From Macrostomum lignano (taxonomy: Eukaryota), in NCBI GenBank assembly GCA_002269645.1, contig NIVC01002150.1:1-64000 (forward strand): a stretch of 64,000 nucleotides of DNA, read 5' to 3'. Shown here in pieces: positions 13,404 through 24,682 of this stretch; position 1 is the first letter of the stretch, and every line of letters starts with the position of its first letter. The notes below the pieces were generated by a model. It was given only the letters and a program-made list of their open reading frames with translations, was not told the DNA's origin and did not search any database. The translations under genes were made by a program, and so were the position numbers.

Positions 13404-15959
13404 TAGAAATTTTAGCCTGTAATTAGACATTTTCATGGAGGTTTTTATTGATTGACAAAGGAAGTTTTGCTACAAATAGTTGAAGAAATTGAGCTGAATC
13501 TTAATGGCTATAAAATATTTTGATTATATATTAACCTAACCTATCTACGGCTAGTTGGAACAGAGATATAATTCAAGCTACCCTTTATCTTATTTGAAAA
13601 TTAATATTCATAATCTCAGTACAAAGTGTCTACTAAGGACATATAATATTTGCGTTGGCTATGTCCTAGTTGTTTAAATTTTTATTGGAAGAAAAACTGT
13701 TTGCTTAAAATATACAACTCAGATTGAATAAACAAACGATTGCTTGGCATAGTAAATTGCCTAGTATCTTTGACCTCTGTGGACCTTCCAATAGATATTG
13801 TACAGATGCGATATTTTACAATAATCATCTCTACAAGCAAAGCACTTAAACCAGCATAAGTAAAACAGCATTTTTAAACGAAATTTTCAGGTGGTTATGT
13901 TGTATTTATTACCCAACTTCCATTATGCTCTCATTTTTCTAACTTAAGTAAGCAATTCATTACTATTTACATTAAATCCATCGGCTCATATTTACTAAAA
14001 TACATAAAGTGAATTCTTATTTTTAATTAGTCATTGAATAAAGAATCATAAACCTTTCTCCATATAAAATTTCTAATCATACAAAAAGAGAAATATATGA
14101 ATTTATGAACCACTCAAATTAAAACTCAGCGATGGTTTGTTCTCCCCTGGCCTTTGAGAATAAAAAGAGATGTTTTAATTTAAGGTTTCATTTTCATCCT
14201 TTAAAAATTGTCAGGTTAATGTTACGACGAATATATTTAGTTTGCAAATTTAAACAAACGTCCCCATGACAACATACTTCACTAAGAGTTACCTATTTGT
14301 TAAAAGAAGAAATATTGGATTTGTAGCACTCCAGGTGAATTTTTTAGTAATGGAGCAATTTTAACAGCGTGATTTATTGTTTTTATGGAGTATCATGTCA
14401 ATCAAATGACAATCGATTGCACGCACGAATAATTAATAAGTCTCGCTTTCGTGCGTTTAGACGTCTTGACAGCCTTTAATTAGTTAAATTGATGGCTGTG
14501 TGGTATGGTCTACACACTAAAATAAATTAAAGAGAAGGAGAATTTCTTTATAGTAAGAAACAAAAAGGAAATAGAGGAGATTTTTGTGCTCCAAGACAGA
14601 ACTTCCAATGCAGAACTTTGAGGAGTAAAACTTACACCCACTCATCAGATCGCTAGCCATCAATCTTCCTTACTGCGCCGTTCGACTTCAATTGCGAATA
14701 GTGAGCTAACTAATGAGCAGCTCCCAGAGAGCGGAAGACGAACCTGGGCAACTTCTGCTGTCAATTAAGATCTTGGAATCGATAGCGATATACGATCTTG
14801 AGTGGAGCGCTAGCCTATTAATCAAACAAAATGTCGTGAAGCAGGTCACTTTTATAGTGCGCCACCTGAGTCAGTTTTTTAATATTAATAAACCTCTGTT
14901 TTTAAAAATGTCCTAGTTTAATTTGGCTTAATTTTGTTGGTCTTATTTCTTTCTCAAAAAGTTACATCTTTTTACTGAAAAGGCTTTTAGATTGAATTAA
15001 TTGGGAGATATTGTACTACGAGTAATATCTGCATATGTGTACTTTACGGTCTACGATTTTGCCAACCTTTCAAATAGTAATTATGAGAGTATGAAATTGA
15101 ATTTCAATTGCACTTTCTGCTGCAATCTTCCAATCTAAATAAGCGGCTATAGCTTCGATCAGAAAAATGCAATTGCTTTTGCGCTTTGGAAGATATAAGA
15201 ATTGGCTTCCCCCATCCGGCAAATCTCTTCCAGTAGAAATTTGCGCGGCTTCGATTCGTAGGCTTGGAGCATAGTAATATAATCTAGCAGATCGAGTTGC
15301 TCAGAGCTGAAGAACAAACCCCGGCCCCTTGCATCGTCTAAAACGAGGCAAAGTGGATCGTTTTTTGCACCCCTGGGGCTGAGGGGCTGAGAGATACAGA
15401 GACAAGTGACGCAGCGGACTGCAGCGGGAAGTGGCTGCTAGGCTGCAGTAGGCTCGATCTCAAGTCTCATCTAAGAAGGGTTGGAGTCGAATCTCGACCC
15501 ACCAGCTTATCCTGCTCGGGAAGCGATCTCAGTTTTTTGCCCACGGCTTTATTTCCCGTCCGCACTGTCCTCCCCCCCCCCTCTGTTTCCCGCCTCATCT
15601 CGGTGGAGGCTGGCAAAGTCGATAAATTCGGCGCCAATGTATAGTATAGAAGGCGTGAAATTGCTTTGCTAGTGGATTTTTGCTCGCCCACCCCTCTCCA
15701 TTCTGGTCCAGTGTCTTAGCGAGCATGGGTGAAACCTGAAACCTTATCCGCTTTGGGCAGGGGAAGTGCAGCCTGATGGCTGGTGTATCTGCTGCTGCTA
15801 AAAAACTATGAAAACACGGGGGTTGCTGGTTGGAAAGCAGAGATGTTCAGAATATGCAAAAGGCTGAATTTCAGCAGTGGCCGAAAGCAGAAATATGTAA
15901 AAAATGACTCCTCCTGTCACAAACTTGACCCACAAATCCGTGCATACTTGTTCCTGGTT

Positions 15960-16345
15960 GTGAGATCATGACTGTGAGATCATGTCTGTGAGATCATGTG
16001 TGTGCGATCATGTCTGTGAGATCATGTCTGTGAGATCATGTCTGTGAGATCATGTGTGTGCGATCATGTCTGTGAGATCATGTGTGTGCGATCATGTCTG
16101 TGAGATCATTTGTGTGCGATCATGTCTGTGAGATCATGTGTGTGCGATCATGTCTGTGAGATCATTTGTGTGCGATCATGTCTGTGAGATCATGTGTGTG
16201 CGATCATGTCTGTGAGATCATGTGTGTGCGATCATGTCTGTGAGATCATTTGTGTGCGATCATGTCTGTGAGATCATGTGTGTGCGATCATGTCTGTGAG
16301 ATCATGTGTGTGCAATCATGTCTGTGAGATCATGTCTGTGAGATC
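15960..16345. repeat. 14/28-bp minisatellite (GAGATCATGTCTGT / GCGATCATGTCTGTGAGATCATGTGTGT)
   Basis: Direct periodicity. Confidence 0.95.
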
Positions 16346-17190
16346 TGTCTGTGAGATCTGCCTGAGAGATCTATCCGATATTTGTCAGAGATCTGTATCG
16401 CTGAGATCTCACAGAGATCTGTCTCTACAATCCGCATCAGAGATCTGTGCCTGTAAATGAGACCATACTCTAAGATCTACGAGTAACACCGTGCTCTGTC
16501 GCTCAGCCACCGTCTGTGACTAAATTTCCTATATAAGAATTATAGTTTAATATTGCTTGTCTCTGGGTATTAATCATTTCCGGGATGTACTTCAGACCCG
16601 ATGAGCTTCACAAACCAGATTAGATTAGCATCTACCAGCGCAAAGCTCTCCAGAGTCCAAGTCCAAACCTCAGCGATAGGAAAGCATAAGCGGCAGGAAT
16701 AGAGGATATTTATGACTCGCGCCAAGAATTCCCAACTGAGGGTGGGGGAGCAGCCGAGCTAATGGAATATCTCCTTAATTATTTTTTGAGAAAGCAAAAA
16801 TAAATTATTAGAGAGAGATAGAGAGAGGGGCGCACAATCGCTGTTAAGATAATTGATTCCGGACTCGACTGCCACTCCAAATTGTCATCGGAGACGGCAG
16901 TCGAATGAGGTTTTTTCTCTACTTGGCTCGCGAGAAAAATGAATTAATGCAATGGGGATCTTCATTATTTGGCATCGGTATTGAGTGCGTGTCGCATTTC
17001 GGCACTAGCTGACAAAGTTTTCAGACAGTTGGCCGCAAATGTTATCACCAGCATCTCGCCTGCTCTCGTCTGTTGGCCTAAACAATTAGATCAACCGCAG
17101 AATTGATAATTTGCCTGATAAAGTTCAGAGTCAGTTGGTAATTCTGCAATTTCCATATTGTGCACTTTTGTATGGCATATTTATACTTCT

Positions 17191-18281
17191 GGGATGGGTG
17201 AATGGGGCGATGGGTGATTCTGGGATGGGTGATTCTGGGATGGGTGTTGTGGGATGGGTGATTGTGGGATGGGTGATTGGGGGATAGTTGATTGGGGGAT
17301 GGGTGATTGTGGGATGGGTGATTGGGGGATAGTTGATTGGGGGATGGGTGATTGTGGGATGGGTGATTGGGGGATAGTTGATTGGGGGATGGGTGATTGT
17401 GGGATGGGTAATTGGGGATAGTTGATTGGGGGATGGGTGATTGTGGGATGGGTGATTGGGGGATAGTTGATTGGGGGATGGGTGATTGGGGATGGGTGAT
17501 TGTGGGATGGGTGATTGGGGATGGGTGATTGGGGATGGGTGATTGGGGGATGGTTGATTGGAGGATGGGTGATTGGGGATGGGTGATTGTAGATGGGTGA
17601 TTGTGGGATGGGTGATTGTGGGATGGGTGATTGTGGGATGGGTGATTGTGGGATGGGTGATTGTGGGATGGGTGATTGTGGGATGGGTGATTGTGGGATG
17701 GGTGATTGGGCCGGGGATAGTTGATTGGGGGATGGGTGATTGTGGGATGGGTGATTGGGGGATAGTTGATTGGGGGATGGGTGATTGTGGGATGGGTGAT
17801 TGGGGGATAGTTGATTGGGGGATGGGTGATTGTGGGATGGGTGATTGGGGGATAGTTGATTGGGGGATGGGTGATTGGGGATGGGTGATTGTGGGATGGG
17901 TGATTTGGGATGGGTGATTGTGGGATGGGTGATTGGGGGATGGTTGATTGGAGGATGGGTGATTGGGGATGGGTGATTGTAGATGGGTGATTGTGGGATG
18001 GGTGATTGTGGGATGGGTGATTGTGGGATGGGTGATTGTGGGATGGGTGATTGTGGGATGGGTGATTGTGGGATGGGTGATTGTGGGATGGGTGATTGGG
18101 GGATGGTTGATTGGGGGATGGGTGATTGGGGATGGGTGATTGGGGATGGGTGATTGTGGGATGGGTGATTGTGGGATGGGTGATTGGGGATGGGTGATTG
18201 TGGGATGGGTGATTGGGGATGGGTGATTGTGGGATGGGTGATTGGGGATGGGTGATTGTAGGATGGGTGATTGGGGGATGG
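17191..18281. repeat. G-rich ~15-bp satellite (GGGATGGGTGATTGT/GG), about 1.1 kb
   Basis: Direct periodicity, with two or more G3 runs per unit on the + strand. Confidence 0.97.
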
Positions 18282-18901
18282 ACGATCGAATGACTGATAT
18301 TTTTTGAAGCTTTGATGTGCGCCTTTGGTTTTCTTTATTGTTAATCTAGATGCCACTAAAAAGATCTAATTTTAATAGAATATATTAATTGCTAGGAAAT
18401 TATCAAGATCATCACGTGACGAACCGCGCCTCCTATGATCAGGATCAGGATCGCAGGTGAATTGGGCATCTATGGCAGACGCTATTCTCACTCATGTTTC
18501 AGATCTAACCAAAGCAGAACTTCCATCAGCATAACCAACTCAAACACCCAAGCTGTGAGATCAGCTCACAGCTCATTTGCTCATCAGTTCTTTTCGTTGC
18601 CAGCACTTCTCAATCGAGGAGCAGCCAATCAGACGACTTGAGCTCTGCGATTCTGGGATTTGGGATTGGCTGGCAGTCCCGATGAAGACCTGAGCTCACA
18701 GCACAGCGAAAATCTCTTATTCAAATTGAAAGAGTACGGCTGTTCAGTCGCTAGTCCCGATTTTGACCAGCCAACGCTTTCCAGTCGCCCGAAACTCTTC
18801 TTCAGTGAGTGCATCGAAGCTTTTCATTTCAGCTGCACAGGTGCGAGTGCTGAATACTTGTTGGAGTGTATGCCTGTTTGTACAGGACTGTTGGCTGCTG
18901 A

Positions 18902-18920
18902 CACAGACAGACAGACAGAC

Positions 18921-18987
<67 letters not shown>

Positions 18988-18988
18988 G
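18902..18988. repeat. (GACA)n microsatellite
   Basis: Direct. Confidence 0.97.
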
Positions 18989-19195
18989 CCGCTCCTGCAG
19001 TGACAGGAACATAAACATTCATCTCCATTCTGTGTCGGCAAAACAGCAAGCAGCAAACAGCTCAAGCTCATTAGGCTAAAATTGGTCACGCATTTCTGCA
19101 CACAAAAGGCTTTCTCTATTGATCAATACCGCTCCAGGAAATGATTAATACTGTATCTTGCTCTGTTTACCATCGCTGATTCAACAGGCAAAGAG

Positions 19196-20996
19196 ATGCT
19201 CCGCAGACTGGAGACCACCGGCCTCATGCTTGCTGTCTGCTGCCTGTCGCTGCTCCTGGCTTCGAGCGGGCGCGTCGCCCTGGGCGAGGTGAGAAACACA
19301 ATGACTTTCTGCGATCTGGGACTGCTGTAATGAGCTCTATTCGCATTCGCAGTCTGAATACATTCGCGCATCAATTGTGCATTCGCTCTCCTTTGCAGGG
19401 GCGTAGCCAGGGGGCAAGGGCTGAGGGCGCGGTCCCTCCCCAATATGGCTGGCAAAGGTATATGGCGCCCCCTAGCAACAGCTTTGGCTTTGGGGGGGGG
19501 GGCTTTGGGAAGGGGCAGAGCAACTCAGCGGTAAAACGCGTCTGACTCTCGCGTCACAGACCTCTGGTTCGATTCCGTGTGCGGCTACTTTCATTTGAGG
19601 CTTGTGTGGCCCAGGGAGTTGTCGCACGATTCAAACCCACACGGCCAACTTCAAAAGCACAGAGACTGTACATGCCTGACGATTAGAAAGTCAGGGCCGC
19701 TGTACACCCTGTGTGAGCGTGTATGAGTGCGTGCCTGCGTACAGTATTGGCGCGCTTGTATGATTGTGGGACGATGTCGCCGAAGACGTTGCGCCAGGGT
19801 AGCTGTGCCTACAGAGGTGCAGAATCCCCTTGACTGCGTTCCTCCTCTTTCGTGCTTGAACGGGACAATGAGAGCGGAGCAAAGTGATTGTGTGGGAATG
19901 TCATCAGCGTTCCGTATCTGCTTTCTCTCTTAGTAGTGTTCATTAGGAATATTACCGTCCTTAGCTATCATTGGGCTGCAACAGGTCTAAGAATATTCTT
20001 TTTCGACTCATTCAGACCGCCGAATTCGACAACGACGGCGATGCGCTGACCGAGTACCAGTTGATGCCAGATCGCGACGAATTGCTGTCGGACGAGTTCA
20101 AAGACTACGACGACTGGTCGAAGAGGAACTTGGGGTCTGCTCTGCGCTTGCGCGGAAAGAGACACATGGGATCACCTTTCCGCTGGAGGGGTAAGAAGAA
20201 CATGGGATCTGCCATGCGATTCCGCGGCAAGAAGAACATGGGATCTGCCATGCGATTCCGCGGCAAGAAGAACATGGGATCTGCCATGCGATTCCGCGGC
20301 AAGAAGAACATGGGATCTGCCATGCGATTCCGCGGCAAGAAGAACATGGGATCTGCCATGCGATTCCGCGGCAAGAAGAACATGGGATCTGCCATGCGAT
20401 TCCACGGCAAGAAGAACATGGGATCTGCCATGCGATTCCGCGGCAAGAAGAACATGGGATCTGCCATGCGATTCCGCGGCAAGAAGAACATGGGATCTGC
20501 CATGCGATTCCGCGGCAAGAAGAACATGGGATCTGCCATGCGATTCCGCGGCAAGAAGAACATGGGATCTGCCATGCGATTCCGCGGCAAGAAGAACATG
20601 GGATCTGCCATGCGATTCCACGGCAAGAAGAACATGGGATCTGCCATGCGATTCCGCGGCAAGAAGAACATGGGATCTGCCATGCGATTCCGCGGCAAGA
20701 AGAACATGGGATCTGCCATGCGATTCCGCGGCAAGAAGAACATGGGATCTGCCATGCGATTCCGCGGCAAGAAGAACATGGGATCTGCCATGCGATTCCG
20801 CGGCAAGAAGAACATGGGATCTGCCATGCGATTCCGCGGCAAGAAGAACATGGGATCTGCCATGCGATTCCACGGCAAGAAGAACATGGGATCTGCCATG
20901 CGATTCCGCGGCAAGAAGAACATGGGATCCGCCATGCGATTCCGCGGCAAGAAGAACATGGGATCCGCCATGCGGTTTTATGGCAAATATTATTAG
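19196..20996 (+). CDS. Neuropeptide precursor (357 aa): signal peptide, acidic spacer and 24 predicted amidated nonapeptides
   Basis: Exon 1 (19196-19288) encodes the signal-peptide-like MLRRLETTGLMLAVCCLSLLLASSGRVALGE and ends at a GTGAGA donor. Exon 2 (20016-20996) follows a TTCAG acceptor in phase 0. It has an acidic pro-region, then KR/KK-flanked peptides each ending in Gly: NLGSALRLRG, HMGSPFRWRG, NMGSAMRFRG x18, NMGSAMRFHG x3, NMGSAMRFYG x1. Confidence 0.93.
19396..19460 (+). mobile_element. Probable truncated left end of a GC-rich MITE (CAGGGGCGTAGCCAGG...)
   Basis: Resembles the CAG-starting GC-rich termini of the two complete MITEs in this window; no matching right end or TSD found. 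Confidence 0.35.
19518..19590 (+). mobile_element. tRNA-like SINE head remnant in the neuropeptide intron
   Basis: A-box-like CTCAGCGGTAAA and B-box GGTTCGATTCC at tRNA-like spacing; no complete cloverleaf. Confidence 0.35.
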
Positions 20997-21192
20997 ACAA
21001 ATTTGATGTAACGATCGTACATTTGAAAAACTATTTGAGAACCAGGAAAATATAATTTAGCTGCCGCGAATACTCCGCTGCCGTCGATCGCTGCAGATCA
21101 GAGATATGAATTGTTTAAAAAATTCAAGCTTAAGATGCCCTGAAACTCGATGTCGTATTGTCGTACTTGACGTATTTGTAGAAACAGATATT

Positions 21193-21979
21193 GCTTTTGT
21201 CAGCCTAACTGAGAATGAAGCCATCCAAACTGAGAATCCTCCATAGGAAGGGCCTTGGCTGCGTCTTGCCTTAGGCTTAGTCTATGGGCCATGGACTGCA
21301 AAAGCCAAGCAAAATGATGAAAAGCCAGACACACTGAGAATCGATCGGTTTCCTTCTTTCCCAGCTCCCTCCAGCCCCTCCGAGCTCAACCCTCTTCGAT
21401 CACTGCTTCTCCAACTCCAGCGCCAAGTTGCGAATAAATAAAGTACACGACGTATAAAATTGGATCGCTTATTTACTTCTACCATTCTAAGTCGGGAATC
21501 CGTAGTCTATGGTACAATAGAGTGGATTAAAGCATTTAATCTACTTGAAATCGGAAGCATTAAATTGAACATAGTTTGAGTGAATGCTAACGAAGGAATT
21601 TTATGTAAATAAGCAATGATATTTCGTATATGATAAACGCTTTTCAATTCATAGTCTATGGTTAGAACATCCTCGGCAGCATTCAATTTTTCAAATGTCC
21701 GATGCTGCATATAACGGTCCCGAGGCGAAAAAACGGGCCGAGGACCATTGAGTGCTGCCGAGGACGTTCTAACCATAGACTATGAATTGAACAGCGTTTA
21801 TCATTTACATAAACCAATCGATTCTCAGTGTGGGTGGCTTTTATCACTTTGCTTGGCTTTTGCGTCTATGGCCCATAGACTAAGGCAAGGACGCAGCCAA
21901 AGCCCTTCGCAGGCAGCGTACGCTCGTATGGAGGATCCCCAGTTTGAATGGTTTGATTCTCAGTTAGGTTGTCAAAAGC
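21193..21979. mobile_element. Foldback/MITE-like long imperfect palindrome (arms about 230 bp) with a ~250-bp insertion in the left arm
   Basis: 21811-21979 is the reverse complement of 21193-21351. 21747-21812 is the reverse complement of 21600-21610 plus 21630-21697. Loop about 21698-21746. Confidence 0.75.
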
Positions 21980-22643
21980 TATGCTGAAAATTTGTGCTAA
22001 AATTCAGTTCCAAGTTCTAATCCAAGTTCTAGTCTACTTGTAAATGTGAAGAAACGCACCTACACGACAAGTTTCGGAATACGAGTATAGAAAATGACGC
22101 TCGGTATGACGCTTTGAGCAAAGAGTTCAGTGAGATTCCCCCCTGTCATTGAAGCTTGACGAGTAGAATGCCTTTCGTATAGGTTCTATCCTGTCTTAAA
22201 ATATTTTAGATTCACACCATAGTGACTCTGAGCTATAGGAATCTCCGTGCAAGGGTCTATTTTGGCCTATTATTCTTCGCTCTGTCTTTCTTGTGTACAA
22301 ACTATTTTTTGACACGAGTTTCTTCTTCATGGGTCTGTGCCTGTGCAGTACTGTGAGCACCGGTAGCTGGACGGTTTCGTAGTGCGCAAAAATAACTCGA
22401 GGGCTTCTGGCAAATCTTGGACTGAGCTGCCTGGCTTTATCAAAATGGATAGCCAATTCAGTGTATTTGCAGCAATCAAAAAATACCATTTCAAACTCAC
22501 GTAAAACCTGGGATGGAATGATGAGAGAATCCAGAATGCGTTGTACATTTGATTGACATTGATTGACATTGATTGACAGGGTAGAAAAGCACCTGAGTAT
22601 GTAGCTGGACATGCAGCAGGAATACATGTAATTACAAACAGAT

Positions 22644-23141
22644 TCAATGCTCAAGTGTTAGCAGTACGCACATCTGTGGGTGCACTATCACTCGCTCATA
22701 CAGGTGCAAGCCCCTGCATGAGCCAATGTACACAAAAGCCACCTGGCTGAACTCCTCAAGCCGGACGCCCTTGCTGCAGCGGTACCTGTCCCCATCCAGA
22801 GACTTCGGTTCTGCGGACAGGCAGACCCGGTCCGTGAAGCAGGGAGCGCCGCCAAGGCACGGCTTGCCCTCGAAGGTGAAGTTCTTCGTCTGAGCGAACG
22901 GGCACGGAGAGTCGCCGTCGCCCACAGGCGGTTCGGTCACGCTTGCTGGGCCGCCTCGCAGCTCGGCCGGTGGGGCCAGAGAGAAAATCTGCTGGCCCGA
23001 TGCCAGCTTGTCCTGCGACAGGCCGGGCACCGAGGCGCTGCACGACCTGAAGAGGTCGCCGGCTCCGAGGGGCGCTGCGAGAATGGGAGCGGGGAAAATC
23101 CAGAGGGCCAGCAGAGGGGAGATTAAGCAGAAAAACTGCAT
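22644..23141 (-). CDS. Putative secreted cysteine-rich protein, family not recognised (165 aa if unspliced)
   Basis: N-terminal hydrophobic signal-like segment MQFFCLISPLLALWIFPAPILAA, GC-rich codon usage, and 8 Cys after the signal. The C-terminus is uncertain because of a possible donor CAG|GTGGCT at 22743/22742. Confidence 0.65.
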   Translation of the reverse strand: MQFFCLISPLLALWIFPAPILAAPLGAGDLFRSCSASVPGLSQDKLASGQQIFSLAPPAELRGGPASVTEPPVGDGDSPCPFAQTKNFTFEGKPCLGGAPCFTDRVCLSAEPKSLDGDRYRCSKGVRLEEFSQVAFVYIGSCRGLHLYERVIVHPQMCVLLTLEH

Positions 23142-24427
23142 CTCGAACTGAATTTATTAGCTGTTTAATTTGTTTTGAGATTTTTCTGAACTTGCTGAGA
23201 TATATACTCCAGCAACAGTCAGACAAGTTCCACCTTCCCAAATGAGAATAATGCGAACTTCTGATTGTTGCTGAGATATCGGAGTCAATAACTGCATGTG
23301 CGTAGGAAGCAGTGAAGCTGGCTCCACGGAAAACCCATCGGCAAAAATTAGTCTCAAGCAAAAATAGGCATTTCAAAAATAGTAGTGCCGAAAAGTGAGC
23401 TTTTTTTCAATTTTTGGCTCCTAATAAGCAAAAGACAGCTCAATACTACATCACACCTGCAATATAATGTGTACTACTACCACATGACAGTTGCTAAAAA
23501 TAGCAACATCTCAACAACGCCAAATTCTATTCTTGAATGTGAGCTAAAGCTACGGACAATTAGCTGTAACCATATAGCTAAGCTACGCAAAGCTCAAGTT
23601 AAAGTTAAGAATCAATAAATAAAACTTCATAGATTTAAACTTGCAACTGGCAACTTTGTTTGTCAAACCATCAATTAGCGCATCAATTTTTTCCGAATAA
23701 ATGAGGTTCCCTCAAATTGCGAAAATGAAAGGAAATTATTCAGCTCTCTCACTTACCCCCATCACAAAAGTCAAAGTTTTTGAAAGTATATATAGCTTGA
23801 CTATTCTTATTATTCTTAACATTAAAAAACTTCAGCAAAATTTAGCTGCAAAATACACAAAGAAAATATTATCATGCAGGTTTATTGAAAAAGCTAGCAT
23901 CTGACAAAATATCCTGTACTGACCATGACAGATCATTATAGACCGTGTCCGTATTATAGATCCAAAGTGTTTGTCAACAAGAAATGCATTACGAAGTCCG
24001 AACAAAAGTTTCGTTTGCTTGCAGCTGTCAGTATAAAGACTTCTGTATCTCAATGTCCTTTGGAGCAACGATTACGCGAGCTCTATATAGGAGTGAGCTT
24101 TACAAGTGTGCATCCAGCCAGTTACATGTGCAGCTATAGGAATCGATTATCAGCTTGTCGGCAATCGTTCGAGAAGAGTTTGAATTGGATGCTTTTTAAT
24201 TAGTTCAGCCACTAGCAATCAGCGCCCTCTCGTTGGGGAGCCAAAAAATGCAGTACAAGTTGTTTTAATAAACAACATGTAGCGTCTCTTTGCATTTTAC
24301 CCCAGCAGTCCCCTGTAAGCCTTGACATGTCAGCAATTCCCCCCACAAGCCTTAACATATCATCTCCCCCCTTGACATCTCAGCGATGCCTCCATAAGCC
24401 TTGAAATCTTAAAAATATGTCAACTTT

Positions 24428-24480
24428 CTAACCCTAACCCTAGCCTAACCCGCCTAACCCTAACCCTAACTCTAACCCTA
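24428..24480. repeat. Short degenerate interstitial (TAACCC)n telomere-like repeat
   Basis: About 8 degenerate units; a similar GGTTAGGGTTAGG patch lies near 7343. Confidence 0.7.
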
Positions 24481-24495
24481 AAGCATTGACATTTG

Positions 24496-24682
24496 CAGGC
24501 GCGGATCCAGGAATTTCTTGAGGGGGGGGGCAACTTTTTTCATACTGCCCCGAGTAGGAACCCACGCCAAGGCCCAAGCCCTTTCTTTACTTAGAAGGGG
24601 GCCAAAGGCCAAGAGCAGAATTTTTTTCGAGGCAGCTGAGGGGGGCCATGGCCCCCTTGGCCCCCCCCAGGATCCGCCACTG
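24496..24682. mobile_element. 187-bp MITE with 8-bp TSD (hAT- or P-type)
   Basis: TIRs CAGGCGCGGATCC / GGATCCGCCACTG (11/13 match); exact TSD GACATTTG at 24488-24495 and 24683-24690. Confidence 0.9.

Noticed and set aside
17181-18356. 391-aa PQSPI/HPS-rich ORF and overlapping ORFs
   Set aside because: Translation of the G-rich satellite; no splice or codon evidence.
20098-21000. Three long minus-strand repeat ORFs
   Set aside because: Antisense shadows of the stop-free 36-bp neuropeptide repeat.
24428-24480. Telomere-like repeat as evidence of a chromosome end or fusion
   Set aside because: Only about 50 bp and degenerate; such patches are common inside dispersed repeats.
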